Positions 38,780 through 46,852 of a stretch of DNA of 64,000 nt are shown piece after piece. The notes beneath the pieces were generated by a model. It saw only the letters and a list, made by a program, of their open reading frames with translations. It was not told where the DNA came from and made no database searches. Each line of letters starts with the position of its first letter. The first letter of the stretch is position 1. The stretch comes from Parcubacteria group bacterium (lineage in GTDB: Bacteria; Patescibacteriota; Patescibacteriia; UBA1558; GWA2-36-10), in contig PQAE01000010.1 of assembly GCA_003104935.1 (NCBI GenBank), forward strand, positions 13,768-77,767. The letters are read 5' to 3'. The translations under genes and the position numbers were made by a program.

Positions 38780-38851
38780 TTGTCATTTCGGACTTGATCC
38801 GGAATCTCAGTTACTCTGGTATTGAGATTCCCGCCTGCGCGGGAATGACAA
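38780..38851. repeat. REP-like element (GTCATT...GGAATC / GATTCCCGCCTGCGCGGGAATGAC) inside the rpmB terminator loop
   Basis: Terminal inverted repeats TTGTCATT/AATGACAA; flanked by stem arms 38754-38767 and 38863-38876 plus a T tract. Confidence 0.65.
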
Positions 38852-38889
38852 GATAATTGCGAAGCGCGGCGGCGCTATTTTTTTATTCA

Positions 38890-38938
38890 AAAACAAAAAG
38901 ACGTCTGGCAAGCCCTTCGGCTATTTAGACGCCTTTTT
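38890..38938 (-). terminator. Terminator of the 6S RNA transcript
   Basis: AAAAAGGCGTCT...AGACGTCTTTTTGTTTTT. Confidence 0.7.
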
Positions 38939-38994
38939 GACGGTCGTCGTCCAACATATTTAATCGTTAATGATTAAAGAATCGACGAGACTCT

Positions 38995-39130
38995 GCACCC
39001 TGATTTAAAGCTTATATACCCCTGCAAAGCAGGTGGGTATCCGCAGACCAGCGGCCACAGCCGTGGTAAATATAGGATTCCCAAAATATATGGTTGTAGA
39101 GTCATATATCACTCAAAAGAGCAGGGTACT
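38995..39130 (-). ncRNA. ssrS: 6S RNA (compact)
   Basis: Closing stem GTACCCTG/CAGGGTGC; rod with central bubble; 6S-like signature TGGGA...TACCCACCTGCTTTGCAGG; own promoter and terminator. Confidence 0.7.
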
Positions 39131-39135
39131 TTTAT

Positions 39136-39164
39136 AGTATAGCACTGTCAAAATCCAGTTGCAA
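39136..39164 (-). promoter_or_regulatory. sigma70 promoter of the 6S RNA
   Basis: TTGCAA - 17 nt - TATACT with a TG extension. Confidence 0.75.
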
Positions 39165-39204
39165 ATACTCCCAAAGTGCGGCCGGCCAACGCGGCTGGTC
39201 CACA

Positions 39205-39368
39205 GTCATTGCAAGCATGTGAGGGCGTGACAATCCGACGCGCAGTGTCGCCTCGAGCGAAGTCGAGAGGTTAATCGCTTTTTATTACTAATATATTAAA
39301 CCTTCGCTAAGACTCAGGATGATACTTCTCATCAGATTGCTTCGTCGCCTCTGGCTCCTCGCAATGAC
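39205..39368. repeat. Nested REP-like elements
   Basis: Outer GTCATTGC...CAATC / GATTGCTTCGTCGC...CTCCTCGCAATGAC; inner CCTCGAGCGAAGTCGAGAGG...CCTTCG...CTCAGGATGA. Confidence 0.65.
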
Positions 39369-39410
39369 TATCAAATAAATCTGGCTAGTCGCTAATTTTT
39401 TTACCATTGC

Positions 39411-39446
39411 AAAAGCCGCCCTGCACCGTCCGGTGCAGGGCGGCTT
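39411..39446 (-). terminator. Terminator after ndk
   Basis: 15-bp perfect stem AAGCCGCCCTGCACC/GGTGCAGGGCGGCTT. Confidence 0.75.
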
Positions 39447-39460
39447 AAAATGTATAAATC

Positions 39461-40039
39461 CTATTCTACAAATCTCTTATAGTCAAAAATCACTTCCCGG
39501 TCGCCGAACCAGTGCTTGATTTCGTGCTCGGCTTCCTGGGGCGTCTCGGAGGCGTGGACCAGATTCATCACTGCTCTTTTCTCGCTATTGGCCACTGAGG
39601 GAGAATCGGCGCTATAGTCGCCCCGGATCGTGCCCATGTCGGCCATACCCGGGATAGTGGCTCCGCAAATTTTACGCACCATATCTACCGAGTGCACTCC
39701 TTCTACGACCATCCTGACCAAGGGAGCGGAAGTCATATATTCGATCAGCCACTTGCGGACCATCTGACCGATCTTTAAATCATTATCCGTGCCTAATTCT
39801 TTATTCGGATCAATGCCATACTTGGCATAAGTAGCCAGAGTTTTTTGGCCCAGGCGGCTGATCCAGGCCTCATCTTTGGGATAATGATCATGGATCTGCT
39901 CCACAGTCGGCATAAACATCTCTAGAGCCACGACTTTAAGATCGCGCTGTTCAAAGCGGCGGATAATCTCCCCAATCAGACCCTTCTTAACTCCGTCCGG
40001 CTTGATCATCACGTAAGTTTTTTCTTTTTTAAAATCCAT
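39461..40039 (-). CDS. ndk: Nucleoside diphosphate kinase (long form)
   Basis: EKTYVMIKPDGV, GTIRGDY, NLVHASET. Confidence 0.96.
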   Translation of the reverse strand: MDFKKEKTYVMIKPDGVKKGLIGEIIRRFEQRDLKVVALEMFMPTVEQIHDHYPKDEAWISRLGQKTLATYAKYGIDPNKELGTDNDLKIGQMVRKWLIEYMTSAPLVRMVVEGVHSVDMVRKICGATIPGMADMGTIRGDYSADSPSVANSEKRAVMNLVHASETPQEAEHEIKHWFGDREVIFDYKRFVE

Positions 40040-40058
40040 AATTATTCTTTATAAAATG

Positions 40059-40136
40059 TCCGCCAGAGGCGCCTGCCCGCCAGTGCCTGACATGGCAGGT
40101 GGGGATCCGCACCTCGCTCTGGCTCGGGCGGAAAAT
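40059..40136. repeat. TCCGCCAGAGGCG-type palindrome interrupted by a CCTGCC...GGCAGG insert
   Basis: Same 13-mer as at 36330; inverted-repeat insert 40072-40102. Confidence 0.5.
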
Positions 40137-40182
40137 CACCCCGACGATAAGGTACGGGGTGAATCTTGATCAGACTATATAA

Positions 40183-40572
40183 CTATTTAGTTGATTTGTC
40201 CATCTGCTTCTTTACTTCCGCTACCACTTCAGCGGGAGTAATATTGGCTTTGACCAGATAGCCGATCGCACCCATTTTTTTTCCGCGGTCGATATCTTCT
40301 TCCTGTCCCAAGTTGGTTAGTAGTATCACCGGGATCTTAGCCATTTCCGGATCCTCTTTTAAGGTCTTAAGTACGGAAAAACCGTCCATCTTGGGCATGA
40401 TGATATCCAACAATATAAAATCTGGCTTTTCTTCTTTAGCCAGTTTTAGGCCGGCCGCGCCGTCCAAAGCTTTCACTAAATCAAAACCCTCGTTTTTAAA
40501 CTTGACCTCATACATATTGGCCAGCATCTCCTCATCTTCAATCAGCAGAACTTTAAATTTTTTATCCGCCAT
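40183..40572 (-). CDS. Single-domain response regulator (CheY-like receiver)
   Basis: VLLIEDE, LLDIIMPKMDG, LTNL, YLVK; own promoter TTGATT-17-TATAAT just upstream. Confidence 0.95.
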   Translation of the reverse strand: MADKKFKVLLIEDEEMLANMYEVKFKNEGFDLVKALDGAAGLKLAKEEKPDFILLDIIMPKMDGFSVLKTLKEDPEMAKIPVILLTNLGQEEDIDRGKKMGAIGYLVKANITPAEVVAEVKKQMDKSTK

Positions 40573-40634
40573 ATTTATTTATTTTTAATGATTTACTGCT
40601 TATATTATAGGCCAAACAAAGTCAAAAATCAAGT

Positions 40635-40863
40635 AAAAAGAAACCGGGTCCAGCCTGTGCTGAACCCGGGAGAAAGGTGACTGTCATGTCCAGTATTTGG
40701 GGCACTTTCCGGTTGCCCCCGACCCGCCCAGTTCCCCATGAGGGCTACAGCTTACTCTCCAGACGCGCATTCATACTGAACACTGTTCCTTCCTTTAGTA
40801 CCTCGGTAGGTACCTCGGCAACTGCAGGTCTCTAGCCACCCGACGGGTAGCGAAAAACGCTGC
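40635..40863 (-). ncRNA. Structured ~229-nt transcript, unit 1 of a tandem paralogous pair, containing a micro-ORF
   Basis: Consensus promoter, 5' hairpin 40824-40863, terminator stem 40644-40669 + T tract; same layout as unit 2. Confidence 0.65.
40745..40774 (-). CDS. Candidate micropeptide MNARLESKL (9 aa)
   Basis: AAGGAAGGA upstream; ATGAAT...TAGCC at the equivalent position in unit 2. Confidence 0.4.
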   Translation of the reverse strand: MNARLESKL

Positions 40864-40869
40864 GTATTT

Positions 40870-40898
40870 ATTATAATACCTGATATTTTGAGTGTCAA
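40870..40898 (-). promoter_or_regulatory. Perfect consensus sigma70 promoter of unit 1
   Basis: TTGACA (40898-40893) - 17 nt - TATAAT (40875-40870). Confidence 0.8.
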
Positions 40899-40947
40899 CA
40901 CGTCTGGAAACCTCGGCTTCTAGCTGGGTCAATAAACAATATTTTGC

Positions 40948-41177
40948 AAAAAAAGGACCCAACCGAAGTTGGGTCCAGCCTTGCACCACTCTGGGGGCAA
41001 GTTCGCGGCGTTGAAAGAGCCAGGTGCTCTGGGCAAGTATTATGCCCGTTTTCTCTTAGGCTACTTGCTGGCACCCTTCGAGAAACGATTCATAGAAAGC
41101 ACGCTCCTAGGACTTACCTCGAGTGCCGGTTCTCCGCATCCGGTTTTACGCTATCCCGAGGATAACTAAAACACGGC
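40948..41177 (-). ncRNA. Structured ~230-nt transcript, unit 2 of a tandem paralogous pair, containing a micro-ORF
   Basis: TATAAT at 41189-41184; 5' hairpin 41140-41177; terminator GGACCCAAC-TTCG-GTTGGGTCC-T7. Confidence 0.65.
41061..41093 (-). CDS. Candidate micropeptide MNRFSKGASK (10 aa)
   Basis: AGGAG 10 nt before the ATG; ATGAAT...TAGCC as in unit 1. Confidence 0.4.
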   Translation of the reverse strand: MNRFSKGASK

Positions 41178-41209
41178 AAATATATTATAAGCCTATTTGC
41201 CATTTGCAA

Positions 41210-42034
41210 TCAATAGCTTATGGTCTGACCGTCACTAATTACTCTGATCGTCCCCTGATTTTGCGTATTTACTATTTTGCAACCTGAATTTTCTAAGCGC
41301 TTGACGGCCTCCGGGTGCGGATGGCCAAACTTATTATCTTTGCCCGACGTAATCACACAAAGCTCCGGATTCACAGCCTGCAAAAATGCCTGGCCGGAAG
41401 AATACTTACTGCCGTGGTGACCGACTTTTAAAACTTCCGAACTAACCAGCGAGCCCTGCGCTAAAATATTTTGTTCACCCTCGACCGGCAAATCACCCGT
41501 CATCAAAAAATCAATCTGACCATAGCTTAATCTTAAGACTAATGAATTACCGTTAAAATCCTGTTGCTTATCTTCCGCCGATAAAACCCGGACCGATAAA
41601 TTATCGGCGAAAATAAATTTTTGGTCGGCGCGAACTATAGTGGACTCTAATTTGTGCTGAACTAAAGCTTTTTGCCAGAGTTGATACATAAAATCTTTGT
41701 CCGGCTGATGAGCAGTTACCAAAACATGCTCTACTTTATATTTATTCAGCAACTCTACCAAACCGATTATGTGATCGGCGTGGTAATGAGTGATCACCAG
41801 ATAATCTATTTTCCTTTCCCACCAGGGTAAAAAATCCGCCAGCTGGGATAAAAAACTATTGTCGGGCCCGCCGTCAATCAGGATGTTTTGTCCGCTCGGT
41901 GTGCGGACGATGATCGCATCGCCCTGTCCTACGTCCAGGAAACCTACATGCAATTTTTGCCCGGTCCGGAAAGTCGTAACCAATAAACCCAACAACAGCA
42001 AAATGACAAAAATTAAATACCCATATTTATTCAT
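41210..42034 (-). CDS. ComEC/Rec2-type metallo-beta-lactamase-fold protein (stand-alone)
   Basis: FLDVGQGDA, LIDGG, THYHADHIIG, LMTGD, LKVGHHGS, FGHPH. Confidence 0.93.
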   Translation of the reverse strand: MNKYGYLIFVILLLLGLLVTTFRTGQKLHVGFLDVGQGDAIIVRTPSGQNILIDGGPDNSFLSQLADFLPWWERKIDYLVITHYHADHIIGLVELLNKYKVEHVLVTAHQPDKDFMYQLWQKALVQHKLESTIVRADQKFIFADNLSVRVLSAEDKQQDFNGNSLVLRLSYGQIDFLMTGDLPVEGEQNILAQGSLVSSEVLKVGHHGSKYSSGQAFLQAVNPELCVITSGKDNKFGHPHPEAVKRLENSGCKIVNTQNQGTIRVISDGQTISY

Positions 42035-43337
42035 AGTGGTAAGGTTTTAACAGCCAAGTGATGATAAAAAGCAAAGTCAGGGCTAGCCAAAGATAAGAGA
42101 CCGGAAAAACTCCCAAAGTCAGAAAAGCTCCGGGCCAACCGGCCAGATACTCGGCGGTCATAACCATTATTTTTAATAATATAAATAAAGGCCAGGCCAG
42201 GAGCCAGGCTAATAATGGCCAGAAACCAAAGATGCCTAACAGCATGCTGAGAATCAGTGTCAGCGTAGATAGGGGCACGATAATCAGATTAGCCACAGGC
42301 GCTACCAATGAAAAAATGCCAAAATAATAGACAATCAGAGGCGTGGTAAAAATCTGAGCGGCCAAAGTCACTGCACAGACTTCGCGGATACCAAAAATCT
42401 CCGGCATAAAAAATAATAGCTTATTAAAAAATTTGCCGTAGCAAAGAAGTCCTAAAACCGCCAGAAAAGACAATTGCCAGCCGACGTCATAGAGCAAAAC
42501 ATAAGGATTGAGCAGAACGATAATATCGGCCGACCACAGCAGACTAAAAAATGGCGTACTGCGCCGACCCAGAGCCTGGCCGATAAAAACTACAAACAGC
42601 ATGATCACTGAGCGCACCGCCGAACCCGGCAAACCGGTCAGAAATAAATAAAACAAAATAATTAATAAGACCAGCCAAAGAGCATTTTGACGCGACCAGC
42701 CTAAAGCTATCAAAATAGTATTGAGCAACCAGGCGATGACCACCATATGCATGCCGGAGATGGCGATGACATGGCTCAAGCCCACCCGGGCAAATGCTTG
42801 ATTGACTGTGGCCGGCACCTCCCGACTGGTAGCCAAAAGCATGGCCTTACCCAGGGAGGAAGACGGTTCTACTAAATAATCATTGAGGTTTTGCCAAAGA
42901 TATTTTTTGACCCGGTAGAAGTAATAGCGCACGCCTCTTTCCTGCCCGATCACTTTTATTTTCGGCCACTGGCAGACGGCACTGATCTTATCCTTAGCCA
43001 GATATTTATCGTAAAAAAATTCCCGACCGCGGGCATCAACTAATGGTTCCGGCAATTTTAAGCGGCAATTGATCTGTAAAATATCGCCGATATCATATTC
43101 CGGATAAAGAGGTAAGTAGGTAATCAGCCGTCCGCTAAAACCAGGCAGCCGGCGCGGCGCTACCACCATCTGCCAGCCGTCAGTCTTTTTATCAAGTTTA
43201 ACAATACTGGCTTCAAAATCATAGAGCCGGCTGAAATCAAAATCAATATTCTGGTTATGATCCCAAAATATCAGCCAACAAAAATCAGCCAACAAAAAAA
43301 GGAGGCTTACACTCAAAAACCATCTGCTTTTAGGCAT
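42027..43337 (-). CDS. comEC: ComEC DNA-uptake channel (OB-like + Competence domain)
   Basis: GLSHVIAISGMH, SAVRS, DVGWQLSFLA, ANLII. Confidence 0.93.
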   Translation of the reverse strand: MPKSRWFLSVSLLFLLADFCWLIFWDHNQNIDFDFSRLYDFEASIVKLDKKTDGWQMVVAPRRLPGFSGRLITYLPLYPEYDIGDILQINCRLKLPEPLVDARGREFFYDKYLAKDKISAVCQWPKIKVIGQERGVRYYFYRVKKYLWQNLNDYLVEPSSSLGKAMLLATSREVPATVNQAFARVGLSHVIAISGMHMVVIAWLLNTILIALGWSRQNALWLVLLIILFYLFLTGLPGSAVRSVIMLFVVFIGQALGRRSTPFFSLLWSADIIVLLNPYVLLYDVGWQLSFLAVLGLLCYGKFFNKLLFFMPEIFGIREVCAVTLAAQIFTTPLIVYYFGIFSLVAPVANLIIVPLSTLTLILSMLLGIFGFWPLLAWLLAWPLFILLKIMVMTAEYLAGWPGAFLTLGVFPVSYLWLALTLLFIITWLLKPYHYE

Positions 43338-43386
43338 CTCATAAATCGCTTTATCTTCTCTTCTTCTCTAAACTAAACAATAAAAC

Positions 43387-44856
43387 TTAGTTAGTCAAGA
43401 TGGCCGGCGCCAAAGGAAAATCCGGCAATTGATACCCATTGTACTGCTCCTCCTCGGCTGACCACCAGATATTGGCCGAAGTTTTTCCCCCTAGCGGCTC
43501 GTCATCGCCCGGCAAATACACTCGCAGGCCAGCATCTTTTTCCATACTTTTTACTTTGGCTAATAATTTAATATCGGCTGTCTGTCCGGCTTCTATTTTT
43601 ATCGGCAAAGACAAATCCGCCATCAGACGGTCGTCGCTTAATTTTAAATTTACCAGATAGACTTTGTCATTGACCCAGATTTCCCAACCATTTACATCCA
43701 GTCCCGTCAAGTCGATGCTCCAGGTCAGGCGTTTTATTTTTAAATCTGCTCCGCCGTGGGCCCGGACCTGTAAATTATAAACTTCGTTCCAGCCCGGAAT
43801 CAAACGGCGGTCAGTAGTGGCGGCCATAAACTCCAAATAATAGGGCTTGATCTCCACCGAATTTAAGGCTAATTTATCCGACAACATAACTTCCTGGCCG
43901 CTAATTAAGCCTTGTCCGCCGGCTTGACTGACATGCCACTGATAAACACCCGCTCCTAGTTTTGCCGAACGAATAATAAACTGCCGGGGTTGGTCCTTAA
44001 CTAAAGTCAATGGTCTGATAATTTCAAAACTTATCTGCCCCTGCTCGGCCGTAGCAGAACCCACTAAATTCTCATCATTATATAATTGAAAATCAGCCGA
44101 CAAATTATTACTGGCTCCGATAGACTCAAAAGAAAGAGCTAGAGACTCAAGTTCCACCGATTCATCGGGCGCCAGCAATTGGAAACGGGCTAAATCAGCT
44201 GTCTCCCCGACGGCAAATATAACCTTATTCGGTACGGGAAGATTTTGAGCTAGCAAGCTCGACTGGCCGCTAAAGGAGATGGTTCCTCCGGTTACCGGAT
44301 AAGTAGCTTGCGGATAAAATATATGCCCTTGGTATCCCAGAACTACGCTGGCCTTATCGGGCAGAGCCAATTGGATCACCTGTCCGGCCCGAACATAATC
44401 TTGATTATTTAAAATAAAACTAAATTGGTTCAGGCCGCGGGCTAAGACGTAGTGATCAATGGAAAAATAAATATTGCCGTGGTCATCATATTTATCAATT
44501 TGCCCTAATTGCGTCTGGCCCTGAAAAAGATGCAGGCCGTCGAACAGGGCTGGGTCATAAATTCCATTAACATTAACCTTTAACTTGCGCAGTTCCACTC
44601 CGCTTTGTTCTGTCTTGATCACAAATTTAAAAACCTCCGCCTGAGGAGTAGCCGCGGTCAGGACAATATCAGCCGCCGCCGCGCTTAGGCTGGCATTAAG
44701 ATCATTTGGCTCCGCTACCGCCTCCGGACCACGATGCAGATTAAACAATAGAGCTATCGCCGCCAGCGTTATTAAAAAAACTCCCCCGTGAGCTCTGAGA
44801 TCTGTCCGTTGGCGCCGCGGCCGTAATCTGGCTAGTGGTGTCAGATGTTCAAACAT
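43387..44856 (-). CDS. Exported beta-sandwich repeat protein of unknown function
   Basis: N-terminal TM; three beta-rich modules resembling those of the S-layer-like protein; TGCTATATT 6 nt before the ATG (leaderless). Confidence 0.65.
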   Translation of the reverse strand: MFEHLTPLARLRPRRQRTDLRAHGGVFLITLAAIALLFNLHRGPEAVAEPNDLNASLSAAAADIVLTAATPQAEVFKFVIKTEQSGVELRKLKVNVNGIYDPALFDGLHLFQGQTQLGQIDKYDDHGNIYFSIDHYVLARGLNQFSFILNNQDYVRAGQVIQLALPDKASVVLGYQGHIFYPQATYPVTGGTISFSGQSSLLAQNLPVPNKVIFAVGETADLARFQLLAPDESVELESLALSFESIGASNNLSADFQLYNDENLVGSATAEQGQISFEIIRPLTLVKDQPRQFIIRSAKLGAGVYQWHVSQAGGQGLISGQEVMLSDKLALNSVEIKPYYLEFMAATTDRRLIPGWNEVYNLQVRAHGGADLKIKRLTWSIDLTGLDVNGWEIWVNDKVYLVNLKLSDDRLMADLSLPIKIEAGQTADIKLLAKVKSMEKDAGLRVYLPGDDEPLGGKTSANIWWSAEEEQYNGYQLPDFPLAPAILTN

Positions 44857-44899
44857 ATTACTAATATAGCACGAAAACCGCCAAAAATAAATAAAATTA

Positions 44900-45982
44900 T
44901 TAACGGCGAATCCTTTCTAAATTCGCTTTAATAAAGGACATTAGATCGCCGTCCAAAACCGCTTCGGTCTGGCTAGTTTCAAAATTGGTGCGGTGATCTT
45001 TTACCATCTTATAGGGATGAATGACGTAGGAGCGGATTTGATTACCCCAAGCCGCTTCGGTATATTCGCCGCGAAACATCCTTTTCTCCTCTTCCTGTTC
45101 GGCTTCATAATATTTTTTGACCCGACTACGCAGATAAACCATGGCTTGACGCTTGTTTTGCAGTTGCGACCGTTCGTTTTGGCACATAGCTGATATGCCG
45201 GTAGGCAAATGCGTGATCCTCACGGCCGAATCGGTAGTATTGACCGACTGGCCTCCGTGCCCCGAAGAACGATAGGTTTCAACTTTTAGCTCTTCTTCTT
45301 TGATGGAGATTTCGGTTTCCGGTATTTCCGGCAAGACTTCAACCATGGCAAAAGAAGTATGTCGGGCATGATCGGCATCATATGGAGAAAGCCGCACTAA
45401 ACGATGCACTCCGGCTTCGTTTTTTAGATAGCCGTAGACATAATCGCCCCGCACTTCAAAGGCGGTATTTTTTATGCCGGCTTCGGCACCAACGGTACGA
45501 GACAGTGAACGCACCGCCCAGTGGCTGGCTTCGGCTAGACGCAGGTACATCCGCTCCAGCATCGCCGCCCAATCCTGAGCATCCACGCCGCCGGCCCCGC
45601 TGGTGATAGTGATAATAGCCGGTTGGCTGTCATAAGGGCCGTTTAAATATGACTGACGGGACAAATCCGTAAATATTACCTTGATTTCGGCAAGTTCTTT
45701 TTCCAGGTCAGGCGCCAGATCCTCAGATTGCTCTTCCTGACTCAAACTCTGCAAAGCCGCCCATCTCTTTTTTAGATCGCGCCAAACACTAATCTGCTTT
45801 TCCAGTAAAGCGGTTTGGCTACCGATCTTTTTTACCTGTTCCTGATCGCGCCAAAAATCAGGAGCAGACATCTGCTCCCGTAAATTAGCTAATATTTTCT
45901 CCTTGGCCGCCAGATCCAGCTTGTCCATCAATTCCTCTATTTGCCGGCCCAAGCTTTCAACCTGACTTCTGATATCAATCAC
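44900..45982 (-). CDS. prfB: Peptide chain release factor 2 (no frameshift)
   Basis: GAGGVDAQDWA, HRLVRLSPY, GGQSVNTTDSAVR, WGNQIRSYV. Confidence 0.97.
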   Translation of the reverse strand: MIDIRSQVESLGRQIEELMDKLDLAAKEKILANLREQMSAPDFWRDQEQVKKIGSQTALLEKQISVWRDLKKRWAALQSLSQEEQSEDLAPDLEKELAEIKVIFTDLSRQSYLNGPYDSQPAIITITSGAGGVDAQDWAAMLERMYLRLAEASHWAVRSLSRTVGAEAGIKNTAFEVRGDYVYGYLKNEAGVHRLVRLSPYDADHARHTSFAMVEVLPEIPETEISIKEEELKVETYRSSGHGGQSVNTTDSAVRITHLPTGISAMCQNERSQLQNKRQAMVYLRSRVKKYYEAEQEEEKRMFRGEYTEAAWGNQIRSYVIHPYKMVKDHRTNFETSQTEAVLDGDLMSFIKANLERIRR

Positions 45983-45992
45983 AAATTTTTTA

Positions 45993-46355
45993 TTACTGAC
46001 AATATTGTTTGACTAAAGCTTCCCGGGTCTGAGTATTGCACAACATTTTTTTTATCTCGGGAGTCAAAACAGAAGAAGGGATGATAGCGCTATTGGTCGG
46101 CTGGCTCCCCGGACTGATCGTGGTCAGGGTCTCAAAAAATGGCCGGACTGCTTCGACATAGGTTTTGACAAAAGGCGAAAGATAAATCACGCCGACGACG
46201 ATGGGCCCGATTATGATAATAGCCTTAATCACGCCAAAAATAGTGTTCCAGGTAAAATGCTTTTCTATGCGGTCCAGTCTTTTTTCAATCTTTTCCAAAG
46301 TCACCTGATTGTTACCGACTGATTCTTTACTGGCGATAATTTTATTTTCTTCCAT
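45993..46355 (-). CDS. Hypothetical single-TM protein
   Basis: ORF in operon; one hydrophobic helix. Confidence 0.65.
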   Translation of the reverse strand: MEENKIIASKESVGNNQVTLEKIEKRLDRIEKHFTWNTIFGVIKAIIIIGPIVVGVIYLSPFVKTYVEAVRPFFETLTTISPGSQPTNSAIIPSSVLTPEIKKMLCNTQTREALVKQYCQ

Positions 46356-46360
46356 ATATA

Positions 46361-46852
46361 TTATTTTGTCTTACGGCCAGATTTTTTGGTCTGACGACTT
46401 TTTTTGTTCAACAACACGGCTAACTCCCGCTGGAAAGTATTGGCATCTTTAAACGAACGGTAGACTGAGGCATAGCGGATATAGGCCACCTGATCAAACA
46501 GGCGCAACCGCTTCATCACTACTTCACCTAGTTCCCGGGAGGTAATCTCGCTACGGGCTTTTTTCTGGACGTCCCGTTCTATCTCCCGTACCAATTTTTG
46601 AAAATCTTCTTCCAGATAAGGACGTTTTTCCAGGGGAATACGCAAGCCGCGGATTAACTTGTCACGATTATAGCTTTCCCGGCGACCGTCGCGCTTGATC
46701 ACTACTAGATCCAAAATTTCAATTTCCTCCAGAGTGGAAAAACGATAATGACACTTATAACAATCCCGACGGCGCCTAATGCTAAAACCCTCGCCGCTGA
46801 GACGAGAGTCAATCACCTTGGTATCTCGGGAATTGCAGATGGGACAATTCAT
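46361..46852 (-). CDS. nrdR: Transcriptional repressor NrdR
   Basis: MNCPIC...TKVIDSR...IRRRRDCYKC, ATP-cone, VAYIRYASVYR. Confidence 0.97.
   Translation of the reverse strand: MNCPICNSRDTKVIDSRLSGEGFSIRRRRDCYKCHYRFSTLEEIEILDLVVIKRDGRRESYNRDKLIRGLRIPLEKRPYLEEDFQKLVREIERDVQKKARSEITSRELGEVVMKRLRLFDQVAYIRYASVYRSFKDANTFQRELAVLLNKKSRQTKKSGRKTK

Noticed and set aside
38941-39130. + strand resemblance to an IscB omega/HEARO RNA (GTCCAAC..., GCACCCTG)
   Set aside because: No IscB/TnpB gene nearby; promoter, terminator and G-U pairs all favour the - strand, and the 6S signature fits better
40795-41169. Track ORFs 40795-40989 (-), 40944-41165 (+) and 40969-41169 (+)
   Set aside because: They cross promoters or terminators of the paired RNA units, lack SD and promoter support, and are not mirrored between the two paralogous units
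40635-41177. tmRNA, T-box, RNase P or SRP identity for the paired RNAs
   Set aside because: No tRNA-like ends, no T-box GGTGGNACC motif, no GAGGAAAGTCC and no SRP domain IV motif found
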